From: a virus
Taxonomy: Duplodnaviria > Caudoviricetes
Length of the DNA: 64,000 bases
IMG/VR virus record: IMGVR_UViG_3300014205_000024
Location: 1,462 to 65,461 of that record
Reading direction: 5' to 3' (one strand)
Positions 48,295 through 56,178 of the stretch are shown here, in pieces. The position numbers and the translations under genes were made by a program. The notes below the pieces were generated by a model. That model saw nothing but the letters and a program-made list of their open reading frames with translations, was not told the DNA's origin and made no database searches. Numbering within the stretch: position 1 is the first letter of the stretch; each line of letters starts with the position of its first letter.

Positions 48295-49689
48295 ATGCCA
48301 GAATCAGATAATGCATTACACGAAGTTAGAACATACTTGGAACCCCAATGCCAGGGTGACACAATGACCAGAAGGGTGACAACTTGTGGAGTCTTCAACT
48401 ACCAAGGCAACAGCTTTGGAACCACGCTTTATGGTGGGTTGGTGGTTGGTGTTTTGGCTCAAACAAATGATCTGCCACAGGAATCCACCGTTGCTGCTCT
48501 ACGCAGAGAAATCGAGAATGCCATACTGGGTTCGCGCCAATTCGGAATGCCTATTCGCTTGCAGGTTGGAGAGAATAGAAATGTTCTGATCGTGCACAAT
48601 CCCGAGCCTCTTGTAGCTCCAGAAAGCCGAGAACAACTTATGGGATTCTGCGCGCACTACCGAGTGCTGGCAGAAATTTCCAATGAACAAGTTCTTGTTT
48701 ACTCGGAGGCAGACTTGTCCAGCCGTTGTGTATCTTTTATTAAGAAGCAGACAGTCGATGGAGTATATTATGTTGAGGCAACCATCAAAGTCTTCGACCG
48801 TCATGACTGGGAAACCATGTATCTGTTGAGTCTGCGCAATACCTACGATCAGGTCGGACCTAATGGACGCTTCGACTATCCAACTCCGCCATGGATGACT
48901 TGGAGAGGAAGCGGATCAAGCCATATTCCTCCTACTCCCGTCCCCTATTGCGAGCCCAACATCGATCCGCTCAGATATGATCGTGAACTGTCCATGACTA
49001 GTCAGACTCCGGCGTTTGTATTTGCATTGCGCCAGACCACACTCTGCGAATACTGGCCCAAGCGTGATAACTTCGACTTGGCCCATGGACTTAATCAAAT
49101 TGATCGGCCCACTTCGGAGGTGATTAGGGAAGCCCTTGATAGCATGCTGGAATTGCCCGAGGCTTTGTGTGTTGCCAGGACACGGATCAACAACAGTAAG
49201 TTTCCATGGAGAGCACTGGATCGCAAGAAGTTTACCTTCTGCGATACTCCGTCCTATTTGTTCCCGCATGAAAAAGATGGCGTCACACACATGATTCCCG
49301 TGATCCCCATAGGAAGTTGGCAGCTTCACTTGGTTGCGGTGTGGTTTAATGAGAACTACGATTCTCAGATACAACCTTCCGGCTATGAGTTTTGCGAGGC
49401 TACAATGGGCAGTGAACCAGGTGGTGATTCGTGCGCGGTGGTCCAGTCTGAATTTATCCAAAGAGATGTTGAGCGGGTTGAGCGGCAGATGCAGCAAAAC
49501 CGCGCAGACGCTGCCTCATTGTTGTCGGAAGCCGCCCACCGTGAAGCGGTTATGAGAGCACAGACCCATGGACTTGATCCCGATAGTCGATTCAATATCC
49601 AGAGCGTTTGCGACGAATCGGCCTATCTAACAGCCCAAGAACTAAGTCCCCTTGACCGTGTAGCCAGAACATTTCGGAGGTTTGTATGA
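48295..49689 (+). CDS. hypothetical protein
   Basis: 464-aa ORF, no recognised motif. Confidence 0.65.
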   Translation: MPESDNALHEVRTYLEPQCQGDTMTRRVTTCGVFNYQGNSFGTTLYGGLVVGVLAQTNDLPQESTVAALRREIENAILGSRQFGMPIRLQVGENRNVLIVHNPEPLVAPESREQLMGFCAHYRVLAEISNEQVLVYSEADLSSRCVSFIKKQTVDGVYYVEATIKVFDRHDWETMYLLSLRNTYDQVGPNGRFDYPTPPWMTWRGSGSSHIPPTPVPYCEPNIDPLRYDRELSMTSQTPAFVFALRQTTLCEYWPKRDNFDLAHGLNQIDRPTSEVIREALDSMLELPEALCVARTRINNSKFPWRALDRKKFTFCDTPSYLFPHEKDGVTHMIPVIPIGSWQLHLVAVWFNENYDSQIQPSGYEFCEATMGSEPGGDSCAVVQSEFIQRDVERVERQMQQNRADAASLLSEAAHREAVMRAQTHGLDPDSRFNIQSVCDESAYLTAQELSPLDRVARTFRRFV

Positions 49690-50330
49690 CAACGGTTATT
49701 CTTTCAGGCCACGATGCCAATATGGCTGAACTGGCGGGACTCTGTCTTCCATCAAAGCTTCGGTTCTCCGAGGCCATTGGTGCGCCCCTGCGCGTCATGA
49801 CCCCCGAGTTCTACGAAGACTTCCCCGATGAACATCCCTCGTTCACCAAGCTGCGCATCATCAAGAAGCACATGGAGGAATTCGAGCGGGTCATCTGGCT
49901 GGACGCAGATAGCATCATCACCAACCCGGAAGCCTTTCCGCATATCCGCGACGAAGCGTGTCTGACGGTTTCCATGGACTATCCCATCGAGGACCAACGA
50001 CCGAAGTTCAACAACTGGTCCGCTGGCAACATGGTCTGGAACAGCAACTTCTGGTCGATCCAGTTCATCCAAATCTCATTGGACTTTGTCATGTATAAGA
50101 ACAGGCCCTACTGGGATCAGAATGCCATGCAGCACACGCTGACCAAAATCCCCAGCTATCGTCCGTTCATCGACATCCTTGATCCCAACAAACTCAACGC
50201 CGTCCATCCCGAGGTCGGCTCCATCCAAGCTGCCAAGTGGCAGAAAGGAGACTTCCTCGTTCACCTGACAGGCATGACCCACGCATCCCGCGAAGTCATT
50301 GCCCGTCTTAACTATTCGGAGTATCTGTGA
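49686..50330 (+). CDS. GT34-like (GMA12/MNN10) glycosyltransferase
   Basis: FTKL, IWLDAD, SAGNM, WDQNA, WQKGDFLVHLTG. Confidence 0.85.
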   Translation: MTTVILSGHDANMAELAGLCLPSKLRFSEAIGAPLRVMTPEFYEDFPDEHPSFTKLRIIKKHMEEFERVIWLDADSIITNPEAFPHIRDEACLTVSMDYPIEDQRPKFNNWSAGNMVWNSNFWSIQFIQISLDFVMYKNRPYWDQNAMQHTLTKIPSYRPFIDILDPNKLNAVHPEVGSIQAAKWQKGDFLVHLTGMTHASREVIARLNYSEYL

Positions 50331-50584
50331 AAGTAGAAGACTATCCACCCAATGGGGAAATGATCTATCGCCATCGCTCGGACATCGAGCATGAGATCAA
50401 ACCCGCCATCGAGATCACCAATGAACTCAACCAAACCATCAATGCCGCCATCACTCAATCGATCAACATGGGTATACACATTACATCCTTGGAGTTGGCC
50501 CCGGTCACTGATTACGCCAAGGAGCCCATTGACGAAACCAAAGTTGCAATCCACGTTATCATCCGTGGTAGAAAGAAAGCATGA
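50327..50584 (+). CDS. hypothetical protein
   Basis: GTGA overlap. Confidence 0.55.
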   Translation: MKVEDYPPNGEMIYRHRSDIEHEIKPAIEITNELNQTINAAITQSINMGIHITSLELAPVTDYAKEPIDETKVAIHVIIRGRKKA

Positions 50585-50853
50585 AGAACGAATTCTCGAA
50601 CGGCCCCGGCAAGGGGGACTCCCCGCGCCCGGTAAACCAATCCAAGTTCAGGATGAGCTACGACTCGATTAATTGGCACAGGAAAAAGTCTACGCTCGAA
50701 GAACACCTGCTGGATGCCAAGAACTGGATATGCGAATGCGGCCAACGCTGCGATCCATCATCCGGTCAGTGGCGATGGAACGGTTCCGCATGGGAACACC
50801 ACCACGACTATCCAATGGGACACGTTCCCGCAATAAGAAAGGAGCCGTCATGA
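50581..50853 (+). CDS. hypothetical protein
   Basis: GPGKGD.PRP...Y motif plus CECG. Confidence 0.6.
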   Translation: MKNEFSNGPGKGDSPRPVNQSKFRMSYDSINWHRKKSTLEEHLLDAKNWICECGQRCDPSSGQWRWNGSAWEHHHDYPMGHVPAIRKEPS

Positions 50854-51161
50854 AACTCATAGAATTCAAAGAGCAGACCACTGTGTTCGCCAAAGACCAG
50901 AAACAATATAACCCACTCCCATGCCATAAATTCGAGTCCAATACACTCGAAGGAATTCATGAGGGGCGCATTGCCTGTGTCTGGAAGCTTACCTTCATTG
51001 AGCGCATCAAGGTTCTATTCACCGGAAAAATCTGGCATCAGATACTTACGTTCAACAATCCTCTTCAACCACAGCTTCTCACAGTTGAAAAGCCAGACAT
51101 GACTAAGTCCTTGAGTATTCACCGAGTCATGAAAATTCCATATGGAGCACCCAAATCATGA
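50850..51161 (+). CDS. hypothetical protein
   Basis: AAGGAG RBS; FAKDQ..Y.PLP...WKLTF.ER motif. Confidence 0.65.
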   Translation: MKLIEFKEQTTVFAKDQKQYNPLPCHKFESNTLEGIHEGRIACVWKLTFIERIKVLFTGKIWHQILTFNNPLQPQLLTVEKPDMTKSLSIHRVMKIPYGAPKS

Positions 51162-51442
51162 ACAGACCCAACGGAGCATTCGGAAACGGCAAACCCAAAT
51201 CCTTTCCAGAGGGATACTACGAACGAGCAGAGGCCGCACATCAACTCGGCCTCGCCAAGTTCCAACTCCTGATCACTGGATCAATCTCCGAACCAACAGC
51301 ACATCGCCTTGGAGTCCTAGCCCAGCACCCGCTTCTCAAGGATGAACCATGGGCCATTGCCATTAACTCTGCACTCACACCGGAACCCACCCATGAACCC
51401 GACCCTGCAACGGATCAAACAGCACCAGACCCCCAAGCCTGA
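51158..51442 (+). CDS. hypothetical protein
   Basis: ATGA overlap. Confidence 0.5.
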   Translation: MNRPNGAFGNGKPKSFPEGYYERAEAAHQLGLAKFQLLITGSISEPTAHRLGVLAQHPLLKDEPWAIAINSALTPEPTHEPDPATDQTAPDPQA

Positions 51443-51608
51443 TCGCATTCCTCCCGGTTACTTCACCATCAGGCAGTGGTCGGACTCTTGGGGTCTGTCC
51501 CCATCCTATGTCCGTCACATCCTGCTTGCGGAGGTTCGCGCCAAACGCTGGACTCGCAAGAAATTCCGCACCCCCAGACTGACCAACTTCTTCAAGGAGA
51601 ACCCATGA
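51393..51608 (+). CDS. small HTH DNA-binding protein
   Basis: YFTIRQWSDSWGLSPSYVR. Confidence 0.55.
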   Translation: MNPTLQRIKQHQTPKPDRIPPGYFTIRQWSDSWGLSPSYVRHILLAEVRAKRWTRKKFRTPRLTNFFKENP

Positions 51609-51841
51609 CCCTTATCGAATTCCAAGCCAAGATGTCCGACCTCAACCAATGGGCGCAGCACGGCTGCACCGACAGCAACTGCCGCATTGAAAGGACACCG
51701 GGCATGGCGACCAACGGGGGCTGCCAATGCAGTCCGAGAGCATTCGCGGAACACCTCTTGGCTCTGGCATGCGAACTCGACAAGGGAGGCAAATATGCCA
51801 GATGGGAACCATACCCCCCCACACCCAAGGAGAACCCATGA
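51593..51841 (+). repeat. 16-bp direct repeat CAAGGAGAACCCATGA (51593-51608, 51826-51841)
   Basis: Exact copies containing RBS plus overlapping start/stop. Confidence 0.85.
51605..51841 (+). CDS. Cys-rich small protein
   Basis: HGCTDSNC...GMATNGGCQC. Confidence 0.6.
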   Translation: MTLIEFQAKMSDLNQWAQHGCTDSNCRIERTPGMATNGGCQCSPRAFAEHLLALACELDKGGKYARWEPYPPTPKENP

Positions 51842-52170
51842 AGACCAAAGGCCAAGAACTTCTCGAAGCGATCCGCGCCAACCCCAAGGACGCTATCGCC
51901 CTCCAGTGTGCCATCAACCTCGCCCGTGAGGCCCTCCGTGTCCACGACTACACCCAAGACCTCGACACCCTTGCCACCCGCCTTCTCGACGAAACCGGAC
52001 TCTCCCTCGACGACCTCCGCTCCAAGTCCCGATCCAACCACCACGCCATCGAAGCCCGTAAACAATTCTGCCGCATCGCCCACGCCCTCCACATCCCCAT
52101 CCCCACCATCGCCAAGTTCATCAACCGGAAACGCACCTCCGTTTACAAAACGGTATCCCCACTATCATAG
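51838..52170 (+). CDS. protein with DnaA domain-IV-like HTH
   Basis: LRSKSR...ARKQF...IAKFINRKRTSV. Confidence 0.6.
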   Translation: MKTKGQELLEAIRANPKDAIALQCAINLAREALRVHDYTQDLDTLATRLLDETGLSLDDLRSKSRSNHHAIEARKQFCRIAHALHIPIPTIAKFINRKRTSVYKTVSPLS

Positions 52171-52177
52171 CCAACAC

Positions 52178-52435
52178 ATGAATGAAAAAGAATACAAGCT
52201 GGCCAATGCCAAGGTTCTCGTCCGCGAACAAGAATCCAGAGTTCGTGAGGCCCAACGCAACCTCGATGAGGGTTACAAAAACGGAGAGGCCAAAATAGCC
52301 ATGGCCAAGTCTGATGCCGAACGTGACTATACGCACCTCAAAGAAGAACTCGAACGCGCCAAAATGCAACTGGAGCGCGAAAAAAATTGGGTTTTAAACT
52401 GCGAGGCCGACCTACAACGTGGCTACGAAGCATAA
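52178..52435 (+). CDS. coiled-coil hypothetical protein
   Basis: Heptad-rich. Confidence 0.6.
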   Translation: MNEKEYKLANAKVLVREQESRVREAQRNLDEGYKNGEAKIAMAKSDAERDYTHLKEELERAKMQLEREKNWVLNCEADLQRGYEA

Positions 52436-52442
52436 TACCTCT

Positions 52443-52928
52443 ATGACCGGACTCATTGCCATCCACAAGGACGCCATCCCCACCATCACTGCCATGCTCC
52501 CAGTCTGGCAGGCCACCCTCGATCACATCATCTGGGTCGTCAACCCACACGAAGTCTATCCCCGCTGGTTTCCCGACGGTCCCTACTTCATCCCCGATGG
52601 CTCCGGTCGCGACGGCCTCTCTTCCATCCAGAAACTCCACTCCGTCCTCCGCTATGCCCACACCCTCAATACCGACATCGCCCTCCTCGAATACGACTCC
52701 ACTCTCCTGACCAAGGCCCCCCACGCCCCTATCCCCAAAGCCTCCCTCTTCGGCTCCCAACTCTTCACCGCCAACCCCATCATGGGCGACAAGGGCTATC
52801 TCGCCCGTCGGTTCATGCACTCCCCATACCTCCTTTCCCATACCGCCATCGGCATCATCCTCGAAACCCTCGACCAGTGGCAGACCCCAGATGGTGGATA
52901 CTACTGGATCGAGAAGGGTATGGGTGAC
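52443..52928 (+). pseudogene. glycosyltransferase-like gene, 5' part (interrupted by cassettes)
   Basis: IALLEYDS DxD-like motif; C-ending codon bias stops near 52900. Confidence 0.6.
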
Positions 52929-52976
52929 GTATGCGTCAGCGACGGGCCTGGTTGGTCGTTGACCATGAAAGGAACT

Positions 52977-53297
52977 ATGCAAAACACAATAAACGAAGAT
53001 CTGGCAAAGCTGCCTACTGAGGAAAAAAGGAAATTCATGGACGCCTTCGCGGAAGGACTGGCCCGCGCTGGAATGCGGCGCGGATCAGCAAGGTCGATAA
53101 GTCTACGTGGTAGGACGCTGCCGAAGCTGGAATGCGGCATCTGCGGAACAATCCATACCGTCGAAGAGGTGCTAGAAAAGCAGAAATGCACTGTCTGCGA
53201 AAACGCAGGGCCAGAAAGCGAATGGAATGAATATCCGCCCAACAATAAACTGACCCAATCGGCTGATGATACAGCCAAACCAAAGGAGCAAAAGTGA
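52977..53297 (+). CDS. cassette 1 ORF, zinc-ribbon protein
   Basis: AAAGGA RBS; CGIC...CTVC; ends PN-NKLT in attC arm. Confidence 0.65.
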   Translation: MQNTINEDLAKLPTEEKRKFMDAFAEGLARAGMRRGSARSISLRGRTLPKLECGICGTIHTVEEVLEKQKCTVCENAGPESEWNEYPPNNKLTQSADDTAKPKEQK

Positions 53298-53361
53298 GTG
53301 ACGAAATGAAAGACAAACCGCAGGACGTTATAGCCGATTGTGGTCAAGCGGCTGGTTCGGA
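53237..53361 (-). mobile_element. attC site 1
   Basis: Minus strand: R'' TCCGAAC, L'' CTTGACC, CAATCGGCT/AGCCGATTG stem, L' GGTCAG, R' GTTGGGC. Confidence 0.85.
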
Positions 53362-53650
53362 ATTGTGGCTGCACATGGTCAATAACCATGGAATCCATCT
53401 GCTCGATTCAGAGGTCAATGACCTTAAGTGGGTGGCGCACCGCGAAATAATGGAGGAAAAAAACTTGATCGCCAACTCTGCGGCGAGAGAAATCGCGGTG
53501 CTGAGGGATGCTCTACGGACTGCAAAGAAAGACGCGCACAGTCCGGGCGTGTATGAAGCCATCGCCTATGCGCTAGGAGAAGCGGACGACATTGATGATA
53601 TTCCGAACGCAAAGCTCTCCCATGAGGCGGGCGGAGAGGAGCCACAATGA
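53294..53650 (+). CDS. cassette 2 ORF, hypothetical
   Basis: GTGA overlap inside attC1 loop; ends PN-AKLS in attC2. Confidence 0.65.
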   Translation: MSDEMKDKPQDVIADCGQAAGSELWLHMVNNHGIHLLDSEVNDLKWVAHREIMEEKNLIANSAAREIAVLRDALRTAKKDAHSPGVYEAIAYALGEADDIDDIPNAKLSHEAGGEEPQ

Positions 53651-53699
53651 CAGCTAGTGCGTCTCCGCCCGCCGAATTGGGAGCAGCGCCTTGTTCGCC
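53602..53699 (-). mobile_element. attC site 2
   Basis: Minus strand: R'' GGCGAAC, L'' CTGCTCCCA (extrahelical G), 12-bp stem, L' TGGGAGAG, R' GTTCGGA. Confidence 0.88.
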
Positions 53700-53922
53700 G
53701 TTTTTGGCCGACTTCAATGCGGCGCGTGTGATTTGGGGCCGCGCCGACGCATGGCGCGGAGAGGAACCGACGCTCGCACAGCGCGCCTGGAATGGCCTGC
53801 AATACTCCGCCGCCAAAACCGATCAATGGGGACCGCCCGAGCAGATGGCCCTCGAATCTGCGCAGGTCGAATTTGAGGCCCGGCTACGCCTCGCGTTTTC
53901 GGCGAACGCTGGCTCTGCCTAG
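53647..53922 (+). CDS. cassette 3 ORF, hypothetical
   Basis: GGAG RBS and ATGA overlap inside attC2 loop. Confidence 0.6.
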   Translation: MTASASPPAELGAAPCSPFLADFNAARVIWGRADAWRGEEPTLAQRAWNGLQYSAAKTDQWGPPEQMALESAQVEFEARLRLAFSANAGSA

Positions 53923-54116
53923 CCGCCGCTACCTCAGGCTTTACCCTCCGCTCCGTCGGCATCTCCCATGTCTCCAATACCATCCCCGACACCCAAACCC
54001 TCCACCACCTTCTCCAGACCCTCCCCCTCTCCATTCACGGCGTCAAAAACCCCTCCTTCTCCCCCATCCTCCTTGACTTCATCAAGGCCAACGACTACCT
54101 TCCATCTGTGGGGTAG
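53907..54116 (+). pseudogene. glycosyltransferase-like gene, 3' part
   Basis: RWLCLAAATSG...SNT...IHGVKT...; same frame and same NNC codon bias as 5' part; no own start codon. Confidence 0.65.
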
Positions 54117-54160
54117 ATCAGTCAGGCAGATCGTCGGGTTCAAATCCCGCCCCCGCAACC
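54107..54160 (+). pseudogene. tRNA-fMet-derived element lacking the anticodon arm
   Basis: 7-bp acceptor stem, GATC/GATC D-stem, CGGG-TTCAAAT-CCCG T-arm, ends GCAACC. Confidence 0.7.
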
Positions 54161-54168
54161 CTTTCAAC

Positions 54169-54243
54169 AAGTCTGTGGTGTAGCTGGTAGCACGGAAGCC
54201 TCCAAAACTTCCTGCCTCGGTTCGATCCCGAGCGGACTTGCCA
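54169..54243 (+). tRNA. trnW: tRNA-Trp (CCA)
   Basis: Full cloverleaf, loop CTCCAAA, GGTTCGATCC, encoded CCA. Confidence 0.92.
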
Positions 54244-54829
54244 ACTTCGGGCCGCATGCTCCCATCCCCAAAAAGCATGACCGGGTCACAGAACCCGCTT
54301 TCATATGGTATCCTCCTAGGCCCCTCGGCAGCCCTCAAAGCTTCCGGGGGGTCTTTCTTTCCCGGTATGGGATTTCCAACCACGCCAGACCCAACCTACC
54401 CCTACGACACCACGACCCCTGAGAGCACTCCCACTTGTCAACTTCCCCTCCATCCTTGCAGAATTTTTAAGTGTCCAAAATTTATAAGCCATTCTCCACC
54501 AACGGCGGCGGCCTCCTCCCCTGCGTTTCCGACTTTCTGTGCTGCAAAAAACCAGCAAGGCACATCAGTTTGGAGGGGAACCCTACAATTCTCTTAGGGT
54601 CAACCTGCGCGGCAGACCCCGGCCATACCCCATAGGGGCCGGGTCGGGCCAGACTTTTCCATGCCCACTTCCCGGCTTTCCCCTGTCTCCAGCCTCCGCC
54701 ATTGAAGGAAAGAAACCTCCATGGCTTATACTTTGTGGAAGGAACGAGAGAGACAGGACAGTGTCCCCAATGGATGCTGCCCAGTGGTAAATGCCTCTGT
54801 CTGAGTCCCTTCCATAGGAGTATCAACAC

Positions 54830-55213
54830 ATGAACATCAACTACACCACGCTGGCCAAGGCCATCCTCAAGGAACAGGCCAAGTCCGCACCCGTCGAAAC
54901 CACCAAAGTCAGCCGTAAGGCCAGCACCAAGGTCACCAAGAAGTCCTCCAAGGCAAACGACTATGTCAAGAACATGGTTGCCGCTGCCCATCCCGCTGAC
55001 CTCAGCGTCCTCCGCGAAGTCCTCGGCTTGCCTTCCGGCAAGGTCACCCTCGGCTCCCTCGTCGGCAAGACCTTCGCCATGACCCCGGCTGGCTCCACCG
55101 CCTACCGGGCCGCGAAGTGGAGCGTCCGCCGATTGTTGGCCGATCATGGCCTTAAGTTCGAGTGGGCGATCAAGGCCGATAAGGCCAAGGTCACCCTGAC
55201 CGCCGCTTCCTGA
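54830..55213 (+). CDS. basic K/A-rich protein (histone-like N-terminus)
   Basis: AGGAG RBS, strong codon bias. Confidence 0.75.
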   Translation: MNINYTTLAKAILKEQAKSAPVETTKVSRKASTKVTKKSSKANDYVKNMVAAAHPADLSVLREVLGLPSGKVTLGSLVGKTFAMTPAGSTAYRAAKWSVRRLLADHGLKFEWAIKADKAKVTLTAAS

Positions 55214-55215
55214 GC

Positions 55216-55785
55216 CCCGGCCAGCGTATCGGAAAGGCTCGGAGTCCCATCCTCCCAGCCTTATGCACTATCGAGTGCCGCTTCCCTGCTGGGGAGGCGT
55301 CCTTCGGCAGTGAGATTCACTCGCAACAAGATGGTTGAGTGAGGATCACTTCCCCCTTGTCCTTGAGGATAAGCGGCTTACGGCAGGAAGGTGCTTTGGT
55401 AGCGCTGGATGATGGGATGTGTCTGTGCCTATGGGTAGGACCATACCATGCTGCCGTAAGATCGCCTTGTCCTGAGTCTAGAGCCTTAACGGGTTCTGGA
55501 AAGGGAAGGGAAAGACTGGTCGGTGGTGTGTTGTCTCCCTAGTGGGGAATCTCATGCTGCCGACAGACCTTGTCTTAGAAGTCTGGCCAATACCATGGAG
55601 AAAGGGATTGGCTAGACGGGTGGGAACAGGTGCTGTGTCTAGCTATAGGCAACCATCATAGGCTGCCCGTGCTGGAATCTGGTGCTTGTTCCTGATGGGT
55701 AAGGGTTTAGCCAGAACTGTGCCTTGGGGCATGGGGAAGGCGGGAAGTGTGTCCATCCCTATTGGGAACATCGTATGCTGCCGGG
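55216..55785 (+). ncRNA. candidate ~570-nt structured non-coding RNA
   Basis: No credible ORF; three nested long-range stems and many local hairpins. Confidence 0.55.
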
Positions 55786-55795
55786 AAAGGGAAGA

Positions 55796-55993
55796 ATGAA
55801 TGGAATCACGCTGTGTAGGATAATTATAGTAGTGGGACTTATTGGCCTTATTTTGGCCGCGAACTATAGCGCAAAGCTACCTCAAAACCATGTGACACCA
55901 TACAAGATAATGGTTGTAACCATTGATGGAGAGGACTACATCGTGGCAAAAAGTTGGTATGGAATAGGCATCTGTCCGAAGGTGGCCAAATGA
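55796..55993 (+). CDS. small exported/membrane protein
   Basis: N-terminal hydrophobic segment. Confidence 0.55.
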   Translation: MNGITLCRIIIVVGLIGLILAANYSAKLPQNHVTPYKIMVVTIDGEDYIVAKSWYGIGICPKVAK

Positions 55994-56178
55994 ATGGAAG
56001 GCTGATACGTATCGAGATTACTCCCTGTAAGTCTGTCCACGGGTTGAACCTGGTGGAGATATGGGAGGATGGGGATAAGAGGCCGTGCTTCATGCCTAGG
56101 GCGGTTGCCATGGAAGTCATGGAGGCATTGGGGCTGGCGAAACTGAACATCAACACTCAACATGGAGTAAACAAATGA
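55990..56178 (+). CDS. hypothetical protein
   Basis: ATGA overlaps. Confidence 0.55.
   Translation: MNGRLIRIEITPCKSVHGLNLVEIWEDGDKRPCFMPRAVAMEVMEALGLAKLNINTQHGVNK

Larger units (their letters stand above)
52929..53906 (-). mobile_element. array of three integron-type gene cassettes (978 bp)
   Basis: attC sites, composition shift, removal restores host frame. Confidence 0.8.

Noticed and set aside
52419-53297. ORF-track 292-aa protein as a single gene
   Set aside because: Composition switches mid-ORF; it is a GT 5' half fused in frame to cassette 1, which has its own RBS and ATG at 52977.
52929-53906. Insert as a group I/II intron
   Set aside because: It begins GTATGCG but has no domain V or P7 core, and contains three coupled ORFs and attC sites.
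54244-54300. tRNA-associated HDV-like (theta) ribozyme after tRNA-Trp
   Set aside because: No P1 complement or nested double pseudoknot could be built.
55216-55785. RNase P, tmRNA, SRP or 6S identity for the structured region
   Set aside because: Hallmark motifs (GAGGAAAGUCC, tRNA-like ends, GGAAGCAGC) are not present.
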